Below are positions 9,781-19,545 of a DNA stretch of 64,000 bases, one piece after another. The notes under the pieces were generated by a model. It saw nothing but the letters and a program-made list of their open reading frames with translations. It ran no database searches and was not told the origin of the DNA. Source of the stretch: a candidate division WOR-3 bacterium. GTDB lineage: Bacteria > Hydrothermota > Tepidihabitantia > B3-TA06. The DNA lies in assembly GCA_965649265.1 (NCBI GenBank), contig CBFGKC010000004.1, positions 90,590 to 154,589 on the forward strand, given 5' to 3'. How positions within the stretch are numbered: position 1 is the first letter of the stretch; each line of letters opens with the position of its first letter. A program made the position numbers and the translations under genes.

Positions 9781-10914
9781 ATGAATCTTAAACGCGCTCT
9801 TGAAGAATTCAAGCTTTTCGCTCAGGGTTATCCGCCCGTGGCAAACCTTTCCGTTAACACCGTGTGCAATCAGCGCTGCCTTATTTGTCAGCGCTGGCGT
9901 ATGCACTGGCAAAAGGAGCAGGATAAGCTGACGCTTGAGGAGATGAAGGACCTGATTTACCAACTCGTAAAAGAACTTCACGTGAAGCGTTTTCGCATAA
10001 CCTCAACGGAACCTTTGCTGAGGGGGGATCTTCCGGAGATAGTGCGCTACATTCGCCAGTTCACAGGTTGTAATCTCATCACGAACGGAATGGCCATGAC
10101 TTCCCAAATAGCAAGAGAACTCATCAAGGCCGGCATTTCAGAGGTTCGTTTTTCCATCGATTCACCCAACGAGATCAACGATGAACTTCGTGGAGTCAAA
10201 GGTGCATGGGAAAGATCAAAAAACGGTATAAGGATACTCAAGGAAGCCAAGAAAGAACTAGGTACCCGATTTCCGCTGATCGATATCTATGCCGTCCTTA
10301 CGAAGTTGAATATTGAATTCATACCTGATATGTACCGATTCGTGGCTGATGAAAAATTAGACGGCCTCGCTTACGGTATCGTATGGGAGGACACTCCAGA
10401 GGCCGTTTCAAAAAGCATATTCAAGGGCAGACAAATTGCGCGCACTCACATGATTCCGCAAAAAGGCTCCCTTAAGCCGACTTCAGGACAAGTACTATGG
10501 CTCAGAAGAGAGCTTGTGCGTCTGGGGCTCGTCGCCGGCAGGAAAGAAGGGATAATGCGCTTTCTTGAAAGTTTAATCGGGGCAATCGAGGGAAGGAGTT
10601 CGCTGTTTCGTTGTCCGTATCACTATTTCGTCAATGTCGATCCGGTTGGCAATTTCATTGCCTGTACGGAGACCGGTGAATACTCTTTCGGGAACATTCG
10701 AACGAAGAAAGCAAAGGATATCTGGTTCGGTCGTGATCATTTCGACTTCGTCTCCAGGGTTGGAACGGATCCCTTCCCTGTCTGCAGGGAGATATGCGAT
10801 GCGAAGGATGAGCTTTACATTGCATCCTTGAAAAGCGAAATACGCGGCCTCGCCATGTCCATGCTGTATCCTTTGAACCTTTCTGCCCTGTATCGCCAGA
10901 GCAGAACGCGCTGA
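9781..10914 (+). CDS. Radical SAM / SPASM-type protein
   Basis: CNQRCLIC motif, EPLLR, ITNG, C-terminal Cys cluster. Confidence 0.9.
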   Translation: MNLKRALEEFKLFAQGYPPVANLSVNTVCNQRCLICQRWRMHWQKEQDKLTLEEMKDLIYQLVKELHVKRFRITSTEPLLRGDLPEIVRYIRQFTGCNLITNGMAMTSQIARELIKAGISEVRFSIDSPNEINDELRGVKGAWERSKNGIRILKEAKKELGTRFPLIDIYAVLTKLNIEFIPDMYRFVADEKLDGLAYGIVWEDTPEAVSKSIFKGRQIARTHMIPQKGSLKPTSGQVLWLRRELVRLGLVAGRKEGIMRFLESLIGAIEGRSSLFRCPYHYFVNVDPVGNFIACTETGEYSFGNIRTKKAKDIWFGRDHFDFVSRVGTDPFPVCREICDAKDELYIASLKSEIRGLAMSMLYPLNLSALYRQSRTR

Positions 10915-10933
10915 TTTTCAACAGGGAGTATTT

Positions 10934-11674
10934 TTAGCTTTCTACAAGTTCCATCAGGTCGTGTATACAGAAGTCGGGTTTGGGCATGCCCTCCTCTATA
11001 CATCGCCCGCCCTCCGTGTACAAAACGCTTCTTATGCGAGAGCGGCGTGCGCCTAAAACGTCCAGTTCCATTCTGTCGCCGATATGAACGGCTTCACCTG
11101 GAGAAGTTCCCAGGCGTTCGAGCATTATCTTGAATGCCTGGGGATTCGGTTTTCTGGGGCCGATTTCGTCAGAGTATATTAGATGGTCAAAATAATCGCT
11201 TAAGCCTTCCCTGTCCATGATTCTTTTGATTATGTGTCCGTGCGAAGTATTTGAAAGTAAAGCCAGAGGGAAACCGCGGAGCTTAAGCTCCCTCAGGACA
11301 TGATGTGCTCCGGGCTCGGGAACTATCCTGACCTCAAGAAGCGCTTCGTCAAATACACGCGTGAGCTCGGTGATTCCTCCCGCAATGCGCTTGCGCAGTC
11401 CGAGTCTGGTTAAGAATCTTGAGACGACTTCTCGCGATGATACTTCAATCTCGGTGGTAAGTCTTTCTGCCTCACACTCCGTGCCCACTTCTACAAGCGT
11501 TTGCTCTATTTCCGGTATGTTGAGATCCATTCCGTACTTCTTTAGAACTATGGAGAAATTTTTGACCCTTAACTGGTCCTGCCGTTCCCATTCGGCTTCT
11601 GTTTCGTACCTTGCGATTGTATACCAGAAGTCTAAAGAAACGGCCTTTATTCCTTCAAGGATTTTATTCGCCAC
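10934..11674 (-). CDS. HAD family hydrolase
   Basis: DFWYT motif I variant, LSN, KPNP, HIGD..DVLGA. Confidence 0.9.
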   Translation of the reverse strand: MANKILEGIKAVSLDFWYTIARYETEAEWERQDQLRVKNFSIVLKKYGMDLNIPEIEQTLVEVGTECEAERLTTEIEVSSREVVSRFLTRLGLRKRIAGGITELTRVFDEALLEVRIVPEPGAHHVLRELKLRGFPLALLSNTSHGHIIKRIMDREGLSDYFDHLIYSDEIGPRKPNPQAFKIMLERLGTSPGEAVHIGDRMELDVLGARRSRIRSVLYTEGGRCIEEGMPKPDFCIHDLMELVES

Positions 11675-11790
11675 TCGCTAAGCATATTTAGATAGAATGT
11701 TTTGTCAACGAAGGCGAGTGAGCGCTTTGTTTTATTAAAGTTGCAGATGACGTAATGTTGACAATTGCGTCCTGCAAAGGAGAATAGCCA

Positions 11791-12612
11791 ATGGTCGAGC
11801 GCGAAACAGAAATCAAATTCAATTTCTTCAAATGGAATCCCAGGTGGTTAGATCTCCTGCCAATAGGGGTCTGGGTACTTTCGGGTGCCTTCTTGCAAAT
11901 AGCCCGTATGGCGGGAACCATGTCACCTCTTTACCTGGAATGGTTAAATCCCTTGATCGACCTTCTCTTTCTTATCTCGCCGGTTTTCTCGTTAAGGCTT
12001 CTTGAAAGGCAAGACTTCTCTTTTCTCGGGGTGAATAAAAAAAGGATTTGGGCGGCCGTTATTTTGGGCCTTCCTTTGGGTCTCTTTCTTGGGTGGATGT
12101 CCGTATCACGATCTCTCTCGGCAGGCCAGTACATATTCCTTCCGCCCACTCTCAATCTCGTATCCTATGCGTTAACTGCAAGCTTTCATCTTTTGGCTGT
12201 CGAGTTTTTCTACCGTGGTTGGCTTGCGTCAACACTGGAGCATTCCTACGGATTTCTTACCGCAGTTATTCTTTCAGGTCTTCTCTACGGTTTGACGCCT
12301 TTGTTTACACTCGGAACCGATCCGACCCTCTCCAGTGCATATTCCTCAGGTACTTTCTACTGGGGTGCGGTTTTTCCGTTGACCTTCCTTATAGGAGTTC
12401 TTCTTGCCGCGATTGCGAGGCTGACGCGCAACTTGCTGGCTCCCGTTCTGGCAATGCTTCCCCAGACTCTAATCGGCGATCTCGTTCAAAACGGCGCCGC
12501 TCACCGAATCGCCCATCCGGTATCGAATATTATTGGAATAATTGCCCTCACCGGAATAGTAATCGTGACTCTCTGGATAACAAAATCCAGGAAGATTAAA
12601 TCACCGCTTTAG
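11791..12612 (+). CDS. CPBP (CAAX/Abi) family intramembrane protease-like protein, catalytic residues degenerate
   Basis: VEFFYRG (usually EE..FRG), multiple TM helices; the usual His residues are not evident. Confidence 0.7.
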   Translation: MVERETEIKFNFFKWNPRWLDLLPIGVWVLSGAFLQIARMAGTMSPLYLEWLNPLIDLLFLISPVFSLRLLERQDFSFLGVNKKRIWAAVILGLPLGLFLGWMSVSRSLSAGQYIFLPPTLNLVSYALTASFHLLAVEFFYRGWLASTLEHSYGFLTAVILSGLLYGLTPLFTLGTDPTLSSAYSSGTFYWGAVFPLTFLIGVLLAAIARLTRNLLAPVLAMLPQTLIGDLVQNGAAHRIAHPVSNIIGIIALTGIVIVTLWITKSRKIKSPL

Positions 12613-12669
12613 AATACGTCCTTTTGAACAGCCCGGCATCATTGCTGACCGGGACCAGTCCCCCTCTTT

Positions 12670-13746
12670 CTAGAACGAAAGATTAAGGCCTAATCCTGAA
12701 CCTATTTCAATGAGTTTCTTGACAGTCGGTTCGTCAAGATCTACCGCGTCAGCGTTGCGTTCCTCGGCAAGCCACTCTTTTTCGCCTGCAATCCAGATGC
12801 GTTCCTCGCCTTCCTGCTTGGGCGCTTCTTTCAACATTGCGATGAAAGAATCCATCCTTGTCTTGAATTCCTTGATGTCACCGAAGGCCGAAGGATCGAT
12901 TGCGGCAAGGAAATGAGAAACATCCGGTGGGGCATCCTTCTTGCCGTAGATCTCGCCGAGCATGGACGCGATCCCGAGTCCGCCGGAGAGTATCTCGACA
13001 ACGGCTGCAAGATCGTAGCCCTTGTAACCCGCACTTTCTTCCCCTGGTCCGCCCAGCGGTGCAAGACCGCCGCCCTTGCGTTCTATCATGTTCTTGAGAA
13101 CCCTCTTGGGATCTGTTGACGCCGAGCCCAGTTCGTCGGTAGCCCAGGTCGGCGGCATTGCCTTGCCGAGCCTTTCGTAGATCTCGAGTTTGCCACGCGG
13201 AACCGTTGAGGTTGCCATGTCCAGAACGAAGGGTTTCTTGCTGCCCGCAGGTACGGCTATGGCTATAGGGTTTGTCCCGAGTATTGCGTCCTTGCCGAAG
13301 GTGGGAACGACCAGCGGTGCGGTGTTCGTCACCGAGAAGCCGATGAGGTCGTGTTCGAGCGCCATCATTGCCGTGTATCCCGCTATTCCGTAGTGGTTCG
13401 AGTTGCGGATTACCGCAGACGACATGCCCATCTTTTTTGCGCGCTCTATCACCATTCGCATGATCTTCACAGACGCAACCTGACCGAGTCCTGCCTTCGC
13501 GTCGACCAGAAAGGTCGCGGGGGTCTCCTTCACGATTTGGGGCTCGGCAACCGGGTCTATAGTCTTTTTCTGGATGTCATCCACGTACCGGCCCAGTCTC
13601 GCAAGACCGTGTGACTGGATCCCCCTCCTGTCCGAGGCGAGCAGCACGTCCGTTGTTATCTCGGCATTCTCCCTGGGAACACCCATTTTTTCGAAGATAT
13701 TGACCGTGAACTCTCTCAAAGGCTTAAGCGGAATCCTTGGCATCAA
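12670..13746 (-). CDS. Ldh_2 family (malate/L-lactate/ComC-like) oxidoreductase
   Basis: RGIQSHG, NSNHYG, GTNPIA, LDMATS, GYKGY motifs. Confidence 0.93.
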   Translation of the reverse strand: MMPRIPLKPLREFTVNIFEKMGVPRENAEITTDVLLASDRRGIQSHGLARLGRYVDDIQKKTIDPVAEPQIVKETPATFLVDAKAGLGQVASVKIMRMVIERAKKMGMSSAVIRNSNHYGIAGYTAMMALEHDLIGFSVTNTAPLVVPTFGKDAILGTNPIAIAVPAGSKKPFVLDMATSTVPRGKLEIYERLGKAMPPTWATDELGSASTDPKRVLKNMIERKGGGLAPLGGPGEESAGYKGYDLAAVVEILSGGLGIASMLGEIYGKKDAPPDVSHFLAAIDPSAFGDIKEFKTRMDSFIAMLKEAPKQEGEERIWIAGEKEWLAEERNADAVDLDEPTVKKLIEIGSGLGLNLSF

Positions 13747-15020
13747 TCCTCCTTTTTTGGATACGGCGAGCCGGTTTTTATAAGCGTTTCGGCCATTTCC
13801 CGGATGAATTCAGGAACCAGTCCCTCCTTTTTCATATCTTCTCTCAAACGTTCAATCAGCTTAGAGGAATCGATTCCGGCAGGACAGACTTCCTTGCAGC
13901 GCCCGCAAAGTGCGCACGAGTAGGCCAAAGGCGCCGCCTTGGCCAGTCCTCCCGATACGAGCGCCGTCCAGGGCACGCCTATTCCACCCATGTAGCGATA
14001 TCCCCAGTGACCGGAGACCAATGGGTATATGGCGCATTCGTACATGCATGCGCCGCAGCGAAGGCAGCGAAGCATATCGCGGTATACGGGATCGGCCGCC
14101 GCCTTCGTCCTGCCGTTATCGAGAAATACCACGTGAAGTTCCTTTGGGCCGTGCGCGCCGTAAACGATCACCTTCTCAATGTCTCCCGTCTTCGAAGGTC
14201 CCGAGATCATCGAAACGTAAGATGTGACGAGATAGCCTGCATAGCGCATGAGTACCTCAAGCCCGAGCATAGCGTCCGAAAGAGAGGGCATGAGCTTCTC
14301 GACTCCAATTACGGCCACGTGCACCTCAGGGGCGTTGGTGGCGAAGCGAATGTTACCCTCATTCTCAACGAGGAAGATGGTTCCCGTATCCGCCGTGATG
14401 AAGTTCGCGCCCGAGAATCCGACGTCGGCCTTGAAATACTTGTCCCGCAGGAACCCTCTGGCGAACATCGTCAGCTTTTCAGGATCTGTGGGCATCTCGC
14501 GGCCTGCGACCTCGGAGAATATCTGGGCTGTTCGTTCTCTCGGAACGTGAACGGCCGGGGCTAGGATGTGCATAGGGCGTTCGTCGAGTAGCTGCACAAT
14601 GAACTCACCGAGATCGGTTTCGTACACTGTATTGCCGAATTCGGTCATTACATGATTGAACTCGAACTCCTCGGACGTGATCGATTTTGCCTTGACTATG
14701 GTCTTTCCGGTTCCGATGATCTTCTTTAAAATCTCGTTCGCCTTGTCGGCATCCTCTGCAAAGTATGTTTTCGCCTTGCTTTTTTCGAGCGCCTCGCGGG
14801 CACGTGCGGTGTATTCTCCGAGATTGTCGATGACCTTATCTTTAACATCCTGGAAAACCTTTCTTTTCTCCACTACGTCCGGGAACGCGGCCAGCGCCTT
14901 GTCCCTGTTCTCCCTGAAAGATTTCACGGCGCGTTCCAGCGCGGTCTTGAGAAACTTATCCTTGAGAGCCTTATAAATGGTTCGTTTGTAATCGTTGAAT
15001 TCCTTGCTCGTGTCGATCAT
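13743..15020 (-). CDS. lutB: LutB/YkgF-like LUD-domain Fe-S protein
   Basis: ETDLGEFIVQ, ENEGN, SKTGDIE..GAHGP, CLRCGACMYEC and CALCGRCKEVCP. Confidence 0.88.
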   Translation of the reverse strand: MIDTSKEFNDYKRTIYKALKDKFLKTALERAVKSFRENRDKALAAFPDVVEKRKVFQDVKDKVIDNLGEYTARAREALEKSKAKTYFAEDADKANEILKKIIGTGKTIVKAKSITSEEFEFNHVMTEFGNTVYETDLGEFIVQLLDERPMHILAPAVHVPRERTAQIFSEVAGREMPTDPEKLTMFARGFLRDKYFKADVGFSGANFITADTGTIFLVENEGNIRFATNAPEVHVAVIGVEKLMPSLSDAMLGLEVLMRYAGYLVTSYVSMISGPSKTGDIEKVIVYGAHGPKELHVVFLDNGRTKAAADPVYRDMLRCLRCGACMYECAIYPLVSGHWGYRYMGGIGVPWTALVSGGLAKAAPLAYSCALCGRCKEVCPAGIDSSKLIERLREDMKKEGLVPEFIREMAETLIKTGSPYPKKED

Positions 15021-15754
15021 TGTTCCTCCAAATTCTCGAAAAGAAACTGGGGAAGGTCGAAAACGTTAATCTTTTGCTCCTCTAATTCCGCCGCGCCGTC
15101 CGACAAATTAAGTGTGCAGAACGGGCAAGAGGTCACTACGGTCTCCACATTCTTGGACAGCACATCGTCAACAATCTTGCGTTTTGCCGCGGCAACCGCG
15201 AGCTTCGGCAAAGATGCCCGCAGGAGCCCTCCCCCTCCGCAGCAGGTACCCATCATTCTGTTTCTGTCTGCCTCTACTACTTCGACGCACTCCCCCAGCA
15301 CGCGTCTTGGCTCATCGAATAGCCCCTTGCCCTGTCTGCCTGTTCCGCACGGGTCGTGATAAAGGATTTTCAAATCCTTATGATTTGCTAATCTTATCTT
15401 GCCTTCACTGAGCAGTCTGTCTGCAAACTCCACGAAATGCAGAACATCGAATTCAAGATTTATTCCAAAGCGTTCAGGAAATTCGCATGAGAACATCACA
15501 TAGCAGTGCGGGCAGGATGTGACCAGAAGCGTGATTCCCGAATCGGTCAGAAGCTTGGCTACCTTTTTTGCATGCGCTTCGGTTTCCTCATCATATCCAG
15601 ATAAAAGCAGAGGAACACCGCAGCAGATGTCTTTTCCCAAAGTTACGTAATCAATCTTTGCTTTTGCGAGAAATCCCTCGAGACCGGCGAGAAGCGCAGG
15701 CGCGCCTGCGGTTGTACAGCCGAAAAAGATTCCAATTTTATCTGATTTTGACAT
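15017..15754 (-). CDS. LutA/GlpC-like CCG-domain Fe-S protein
   Basis: Two CCG domains (ICCG..TSCPHC; YHDPC..CCGGGG..TSCPFC). Confidence 0.85.
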   Translation of the reverse strand: MSKSDKIGIFFGCTTAGAPALLAGLEGFLAKAKIDYVTLGKDICCGVPLLLSGYDEETEAHAKKVAKLLTDSGITLLVTSCPHCYVMFSCEFPERFGINLEFDVLHFVEFADRLLSEGKIRLANHKDLKILYHDPCGTGRQGKGLFDEPRRVLGECVEVVEADRNRMMGTCCGGGGLLRASLPKLAVAAAKRKIVDDVLSKNVETVVTSCPFCTLNLSDGAAELEEQKINVFDLPQFLFENLEEQ

Positions 15755-15766
15755 TCACAACTCCTT

Positions 15767-17299
15767 TTACCTTGGTGTAAAAATTCCTAAAGGCAGGATC
15801 ATCTCTTCCGGTGAGATGCCGCCGTGCTGAAGAGTATGCTTGTACTGAGCTTCATATTCTTTGGGCTTTGTCGGGTATATGAAATAGCAATCGCGCTTTG
15901 CGATGACGAAGTTCGTCTGCCTGGGCGGGCCAGGAAGCCTGTAAATCTTTGGATCAGTAAGGTTCACGGCGTCCTTGGGATCGACCGTCAAGGCAGGACC
16001 GTATTTGTACCTGAGGTTTGCCGATATCTCCCTGCCACCCCTGATGATTGTCGGTTTCTCCACTCTCAAAAAGCCGTGGTCTGTCGTCAAAACGACGGTT
16101 ACACCTCTTTCCGACAGCGTCTCAATGAGATTCGGGAAGATTGAATTTGCGAACCAGTTTCGGGTCATGTCAACCAGTGCGTAATCCGACGGGACTATCT
16201 CCTCAAGCAGGGTATTGGGCTTAACCGAATGAATGAGCGCGTCAAGAAAATTGAGAATGAACACCTTTAACTTTTCCTTGCGCGATATTAAGGCTTCCGC
16301 GTCCCTTGCGGCATCCTGGCTCTGCTGGTTCTTTAAATAAAGAGGCGATACTTGAATTCTCTCTCTCCTTAAAAACTCCGAAAGAAGCTCCTCCTCGTGG
16401 CGGTTCTGACCTTTCTGATCCCACACCCAGTATTGGGGATAGCGCTCCGCAATTTCCTGTGGAAAGAGGCCTGCAAATAAGGCGTTGCGTGCATATGGAG
16501 TAGCCGTCGGCAGAATCGAGCAGGTGTATTCAACCTTGGTATCAAAAAACTCCTTGAAGTACGGCAGGAGAGCCTGAAACTGGTCAAGACGCATGGAATC
16601 GAATAAGAATAGTACTACCTCTTTGCCTTCTTTTAACAGGGGGAGGACGTATTTGGGCATGACATATGGCGAAAGAGTCGGGCCTGAGGCTTCCTTGTTT
16701 CCCTCGCCTTCCTTTAACCACTTTGGATAGTTGCGTTCAACATAGAGGCTGAATTCTCGCCGCATCTCATTACGCTGCTCGTCGCCCAATTCCCTCAACC
16801 CTTCGTCGCCGAAGCGCTTGAACCGAAGTTCCCATCGCACGTCCCTGCGATATGCCTCGACCCACTCGTTCCAGTTTTCCGGTATTCTCGTAACCGTCAT
16901 TTCCTGAGTGTATTCGCGGCTCATGTTATCCTTGACCAGTTTCTTGCGTTCGAGAAGCCTTTTGATGACCGAGCCCAGCTGGGTGGGGGAGATGGGTTTG
17001 ATTATGAAATCGTCGGCAAGTTTGCCGAATGCCGAGTCAACAAGTTCCTCCTCCTCGCTCTTGGTTACAATTCCCACAAGAATGTCTTCACTCTCCGCCC
17101 TTATCGCTTGAAGTGTTTCGATGCCGTCCATGCCGGGCATGATCTCATCCAGAAGAACAAGGTCGTAATCTTTTTTCTTTAAAAGCTCAAGACCGTCGGG
17201 GCCGTTGGTTGCCGTGTCGACCTCGTATCCGCGTTCTTTCAGGCTGTATATATGGGGTTTAAGAAGTGAAATTTCATCGTCTATCCATAAAATTCGCAT
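15767..17299 (-). CDS. porX: PorX-like response regulator (receiver + PglZ/alkaline-phosphatase domain)
   Basis: ILWIDDEI..LKPHI, LLDEIMPG, SILPTATPYARNALFAG, TTDHG, QHGGISPEEM; ATG at 17299 directly after a promoter. Confidence 0.88.
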   Translation of the reverse strand: MRILWIDDEISLLKPHIYSLKERGYEVDTATNGPDGLELLKKKDYDLVLLDEIMPGMDGIETLQAIRAESEDILVGIVTKSEEEELVDSAFGKLADDFIIKPISPTQLGSVIKRLLERKKLVKDNMSREYTQEMTVTRIPENWNEWVEAYRRDVRWELRFKRFGDEGLRELGDEQRNEMRREFSLYVERNYPKWLKEGEGNKEASGPTLSPYVMPKYVLPLLKEGKEVVLFLFDSMRLDQFQALLPYFKEFFDTKVEYTCSILPTATPYARNALFAGLFPQEIAERYPQYWVWDQKGQNRHEEELLSEFLRRERIQVSPLYLKNQQSQDAARDAEALISRKEKLKVFILNFLDALIHSVKPNTLLEEIVPSDYALVDMTRNWFANSIFPNLIETLSERGVTVVLTTDHGFLRVEKPTIIRGGREISANLRYKYGPALTVDPKDAVNLTDPKIYRLPGPPRQTNFVIAKRDCYFIYPTKPKEYEAQYKHTLQHGGISPEEMILPLGIFTPR

Positions 17300-17565
17300 G
17301 CAAAAGGATATCCGGAAGAATGAAGGTGTCAACCTCATCCTTGCGGGGCTTCTTACTTATCGAAGGAGAGCAGGTTTGAAGGACGAAGAAAGTCGTACTA
17401 GATCCAACCTGAATCTTAAACTAAGAGGTTCTTCGTACCGAAATTCTTCACTTAGACAGATTCTCACTTATCTGAATGGATAGGCTCCCCCTTTGTGTCT
17501 ATCTATGGGGTAGGGGACCTCCCAAAAAAGCAAGGCGGCTTTCTGCGGTGAGGGTAAGGTGAGCG

Positions 17566-17991
17566 TTATCCCAAATCCAGGTCCACGCTTCCTGAGTCAG
17601 AGCCCCATTTGGTCGAAGTGAAAGTATAGGAGCCCGTAAGATGGCTTCCCGAGAGCTCACCCTCGATGTGCATTACGAAACCGGTTCCCTGCACATCCAG
17701 ATCGAGTTTCGCCGGGTTCTTGCTCAACGTTCCGTGGCCTTCAAAATCGATAACTTCCTGGTTTACCGTGATTGTGCCCTGCGCCTCAATCGCTTCATCC
17801 TCTTGTGTGAAGTCAAAGGATAAAGGGCCGTTGTACGTTGCGTCGACGCTTACGTAGTTACCCTTGAACGTGCCGCTGGTTTTAATAATGAGATTGGAAG
17901 AAAGACATCCTGACATCAGCAGTATTAAGAAACAGGAAGAGATTGAAGCCCACAATTTCCCATACGACGATCTCAAAACGTTTATGTTCAT
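17566..17991 (-). CDS. Hypothetical beta-rich lipoprotein
   Basis: Lipobox LMSG-C, GAGG RBS, alternating beta-strand pattern. Confidence 0.75.
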   Translation of the reverse strand: MNINVLRSSYGKLWASISSCFLILLMSGCLSSNLIIKTSGTFKGNYVSVDATYNGPLSFDFTQEDEAIEAQGTITVNQEVIDFEGHGTLSKNPAKLDLDVQGTGFVMHIEGELSGSHLTGSYTFTSTKWGSDSGSVDLDLG

Positions 17992-18066
17992 TTATCCCTC
18001 AATATATTTGTAATCTTTAATAATTCGCTAGCGGGCAATTGCCCACGAAAGTACATTACGTCCTCT

Positions 18067-18082
18067 AGCAGGTTATATGCCA
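18067..18082 (-). promoter_or_regulatory. sigma-54 (-24/-12) promoter for the lipoprotein gene
   Basis: Minus strand TGGCATATAACCTGCT (GG-N10-GC). Confidence 0.7.
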
Positions 18083-18152
18083 ATCATCTGTCTCTCTAAC
18101 TTCCGACTCTCCGAAACTTAACAGAGAAGAATCCTAGGCTCTTAGTGCGAAT

Positions 18153-18189
18153 TGTGCAGATAACGTACAGGTTGTTACAGATACGTACA
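18153..18189. promoter_or_regulatory. Tandem TGT-N11-ACA upstream activator-like sites
   Basis: TGTGCAGATAACGTACA 18153-18169 and TGTTACAGATACGTACA 18173-18189, 20 bp apart. Confidence 0.65.
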
Positions 18190-18204
18190 GCTAGCCTCGG
18201 GTAT

Positions 18205-18238
18205 AAAAGAGCGGCCGGGGCGTGAACCCCGGCCTTTT
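18205..18238. terminator. Terminator after the gdh operon
   Basis: GGCCGGGG/CCCCGGCC hairpin flanked by A- and T-runs. Confidence 0.75.
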
Positions 18239-18277
18239 GAGCTGAACCCTATGTTGGAAATATACTTAGCTTAGCAA

Positions 18278-19531
18278 TTATGGGAAAATGCCGCGTCTCG
18301 TATAGATGCGTTCAAGGGTTTCCAGTGCCGTAATGTAGGCTGCCGTGCGCATGTCTTTCTTGTATTTCTTCGCGTTGTCGGTAACCCTCTTGTAGGCATC
18401 CACGACCTTGCGTTTGAGCTTTGCCGTTATCTCTTCAAGCTCCCAGAATTCGCTTCGTTTGTTCTGAAGCCATTCGAAATATGCGACAATCAGCCCGCCG
18501 GAGTTGGATACGAGATCGGGTATTACGTCTATGCCTTTCTTGGCCAGTATCTCGTCGCCGTCTGCGTCCGTCGGGCCGTCTGCGCCCTCGACTACGAGTT
18601 TCACGTTGAGCATCGTCGCCGTGTCGCCTGTGATCTGGTTTTCAAGCGCGGCCGGGACGAATATGTCGGCCCTGGTGGAAAGAAAGGCTTCGTGGCTCGT
18701 ACGCTCGGCCTTGGGGAAACCCGCAAGGTGTTTGTTCGTTATCGAGTATTCGAGAAGCTCGGATGTCTTTATTCCGTCGGCATTCACGATGGGACCCGAT
18801 GTGTCTTCAACTGCAACGAGCCGGGCGCCTTCTTCCTCGAGAATCGACGCCGCCCATGATCCGACGTTGCCGAATCCCTGAACCATGAAGGTTGCGCCGT
18901 CCAGTCGGAAGTTTTTTTCCTTTGCCCATTCCTTTACGGCAAATACGACACCTTGACCTGCCGCGCGGTCCCGGCCGATTGTTCCGCCGGAACGCAAGGG
19001 CTTTCCCGCGACAATATGAACGGAGCGGTTGCGAACTTGCGGGGGGACGGTTGAAAGGTAGGTATCGAGAGCCCAGGCCATGATCTGCGGGTTAGTGTTC
19101 ACATCAGGAGACTGAACATCGAAGTCCGGTCCGATATTCGAACCGAGCCCGAAGACGAAGCGCCTGGTAATGCGCTCGATTTCATCCCTTGAATACTCTC
19201 TCGGGTTGAACTGGATGCCGCCGGAGGCTCCGCCCATGGGAACCTCGGCCACGGCGGCCTTGAACGTTGTGGTCATTGCAAGGGCGCGTATCTCATCGAG
19301 TTCCACCCAGGGATGGAAGCGCATTCCGCCGGTGTAAGGACCGAGGACATTCGAGTGCTGAACCCTGAAGCCCGTGAACATCTCGATCTCCGAGTCATCC
19401 ATCTTGACCGGGAAGTTCAGGACTATCTCGTTGTTCGTCTGCTCTATTATCTTCTTGACGGAAGGATCGAGCTTCATGAGCTTTGCGGCTCCGCTCAGCT
19501 TGGCCTGAACGGCTTCGTTGAGACTTTTCAC
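18278..19531 (-). CDS. Glutamate dehydrogenase homologue lacking catalytic lysines (probable regulatory subunit)
   Basis: GPYTGG, GGASGG and EGADGP replace GPYKGG, GGAKGG and EGANGP of the paralogue; AAGGAG RBS and GTG start at 19531. Confidence 0.85.
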   Translation of the reverse strand: MKSLNEAVQAKLSGAAKLMKLDPSVKKIIEQTNNEIVLNFPVKMDDSEIEMFTGFRVQHSNVLGPYTGGMRFHPWVELDEIRALAMTTTFKAAVAEVPMGGASGGIQFNPREYSRDEIERITRRFVFGLGSNIGPDFDVQSPDVNTNPQIMAWALDTYLSTVPPQVRNRSVHIVAGKPLRSGGTIGRDRAAGQGVVFAVKEWAKEKNFRLDGATFMVQGFGNVGSWAASILEEEGARLVAVEDTSGPIVNADGIKTSELLEYSITNKHLAGFPKAERTSHEAFLSTRADIFVPAALENQITGDTATMLNVKLVVEGADGPTDADGDEILAKKGIDVIPDLVSNSGGLIVAYFEWLQNKRSEFWELEEITAKLKRKVVDAYKRVTDNAKKYKKDMRTAAYITALETLERIYTRRGIFP

Positions 19532-19545
19532 GATTGCTCCTTGGA

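Noticed and set aside
9706-9981. N-terminal extensions in the ORF track (also at 17338, 28278, 31471, 33517, 34345, 47404, 57456, 58962)
   Set aside because: They overlap other genes or promoters; downstream starts have an RBS, signal peptide or leaderless promoter.
13737-14564. Long antisense ORFs (also 21985-22632, 28560-29231, 30801-31649, 33894-34559)
   Set aside because: They are shadows of well-supported genes on the opposite strand and have no recognisable motifs.
15767-17299. BREX defence system suggested by the PglZ domain
   Set aside because: The PglZ domain is fused to a receiver domain (PorX type), and no brxC, pglX or brxL genes are present.
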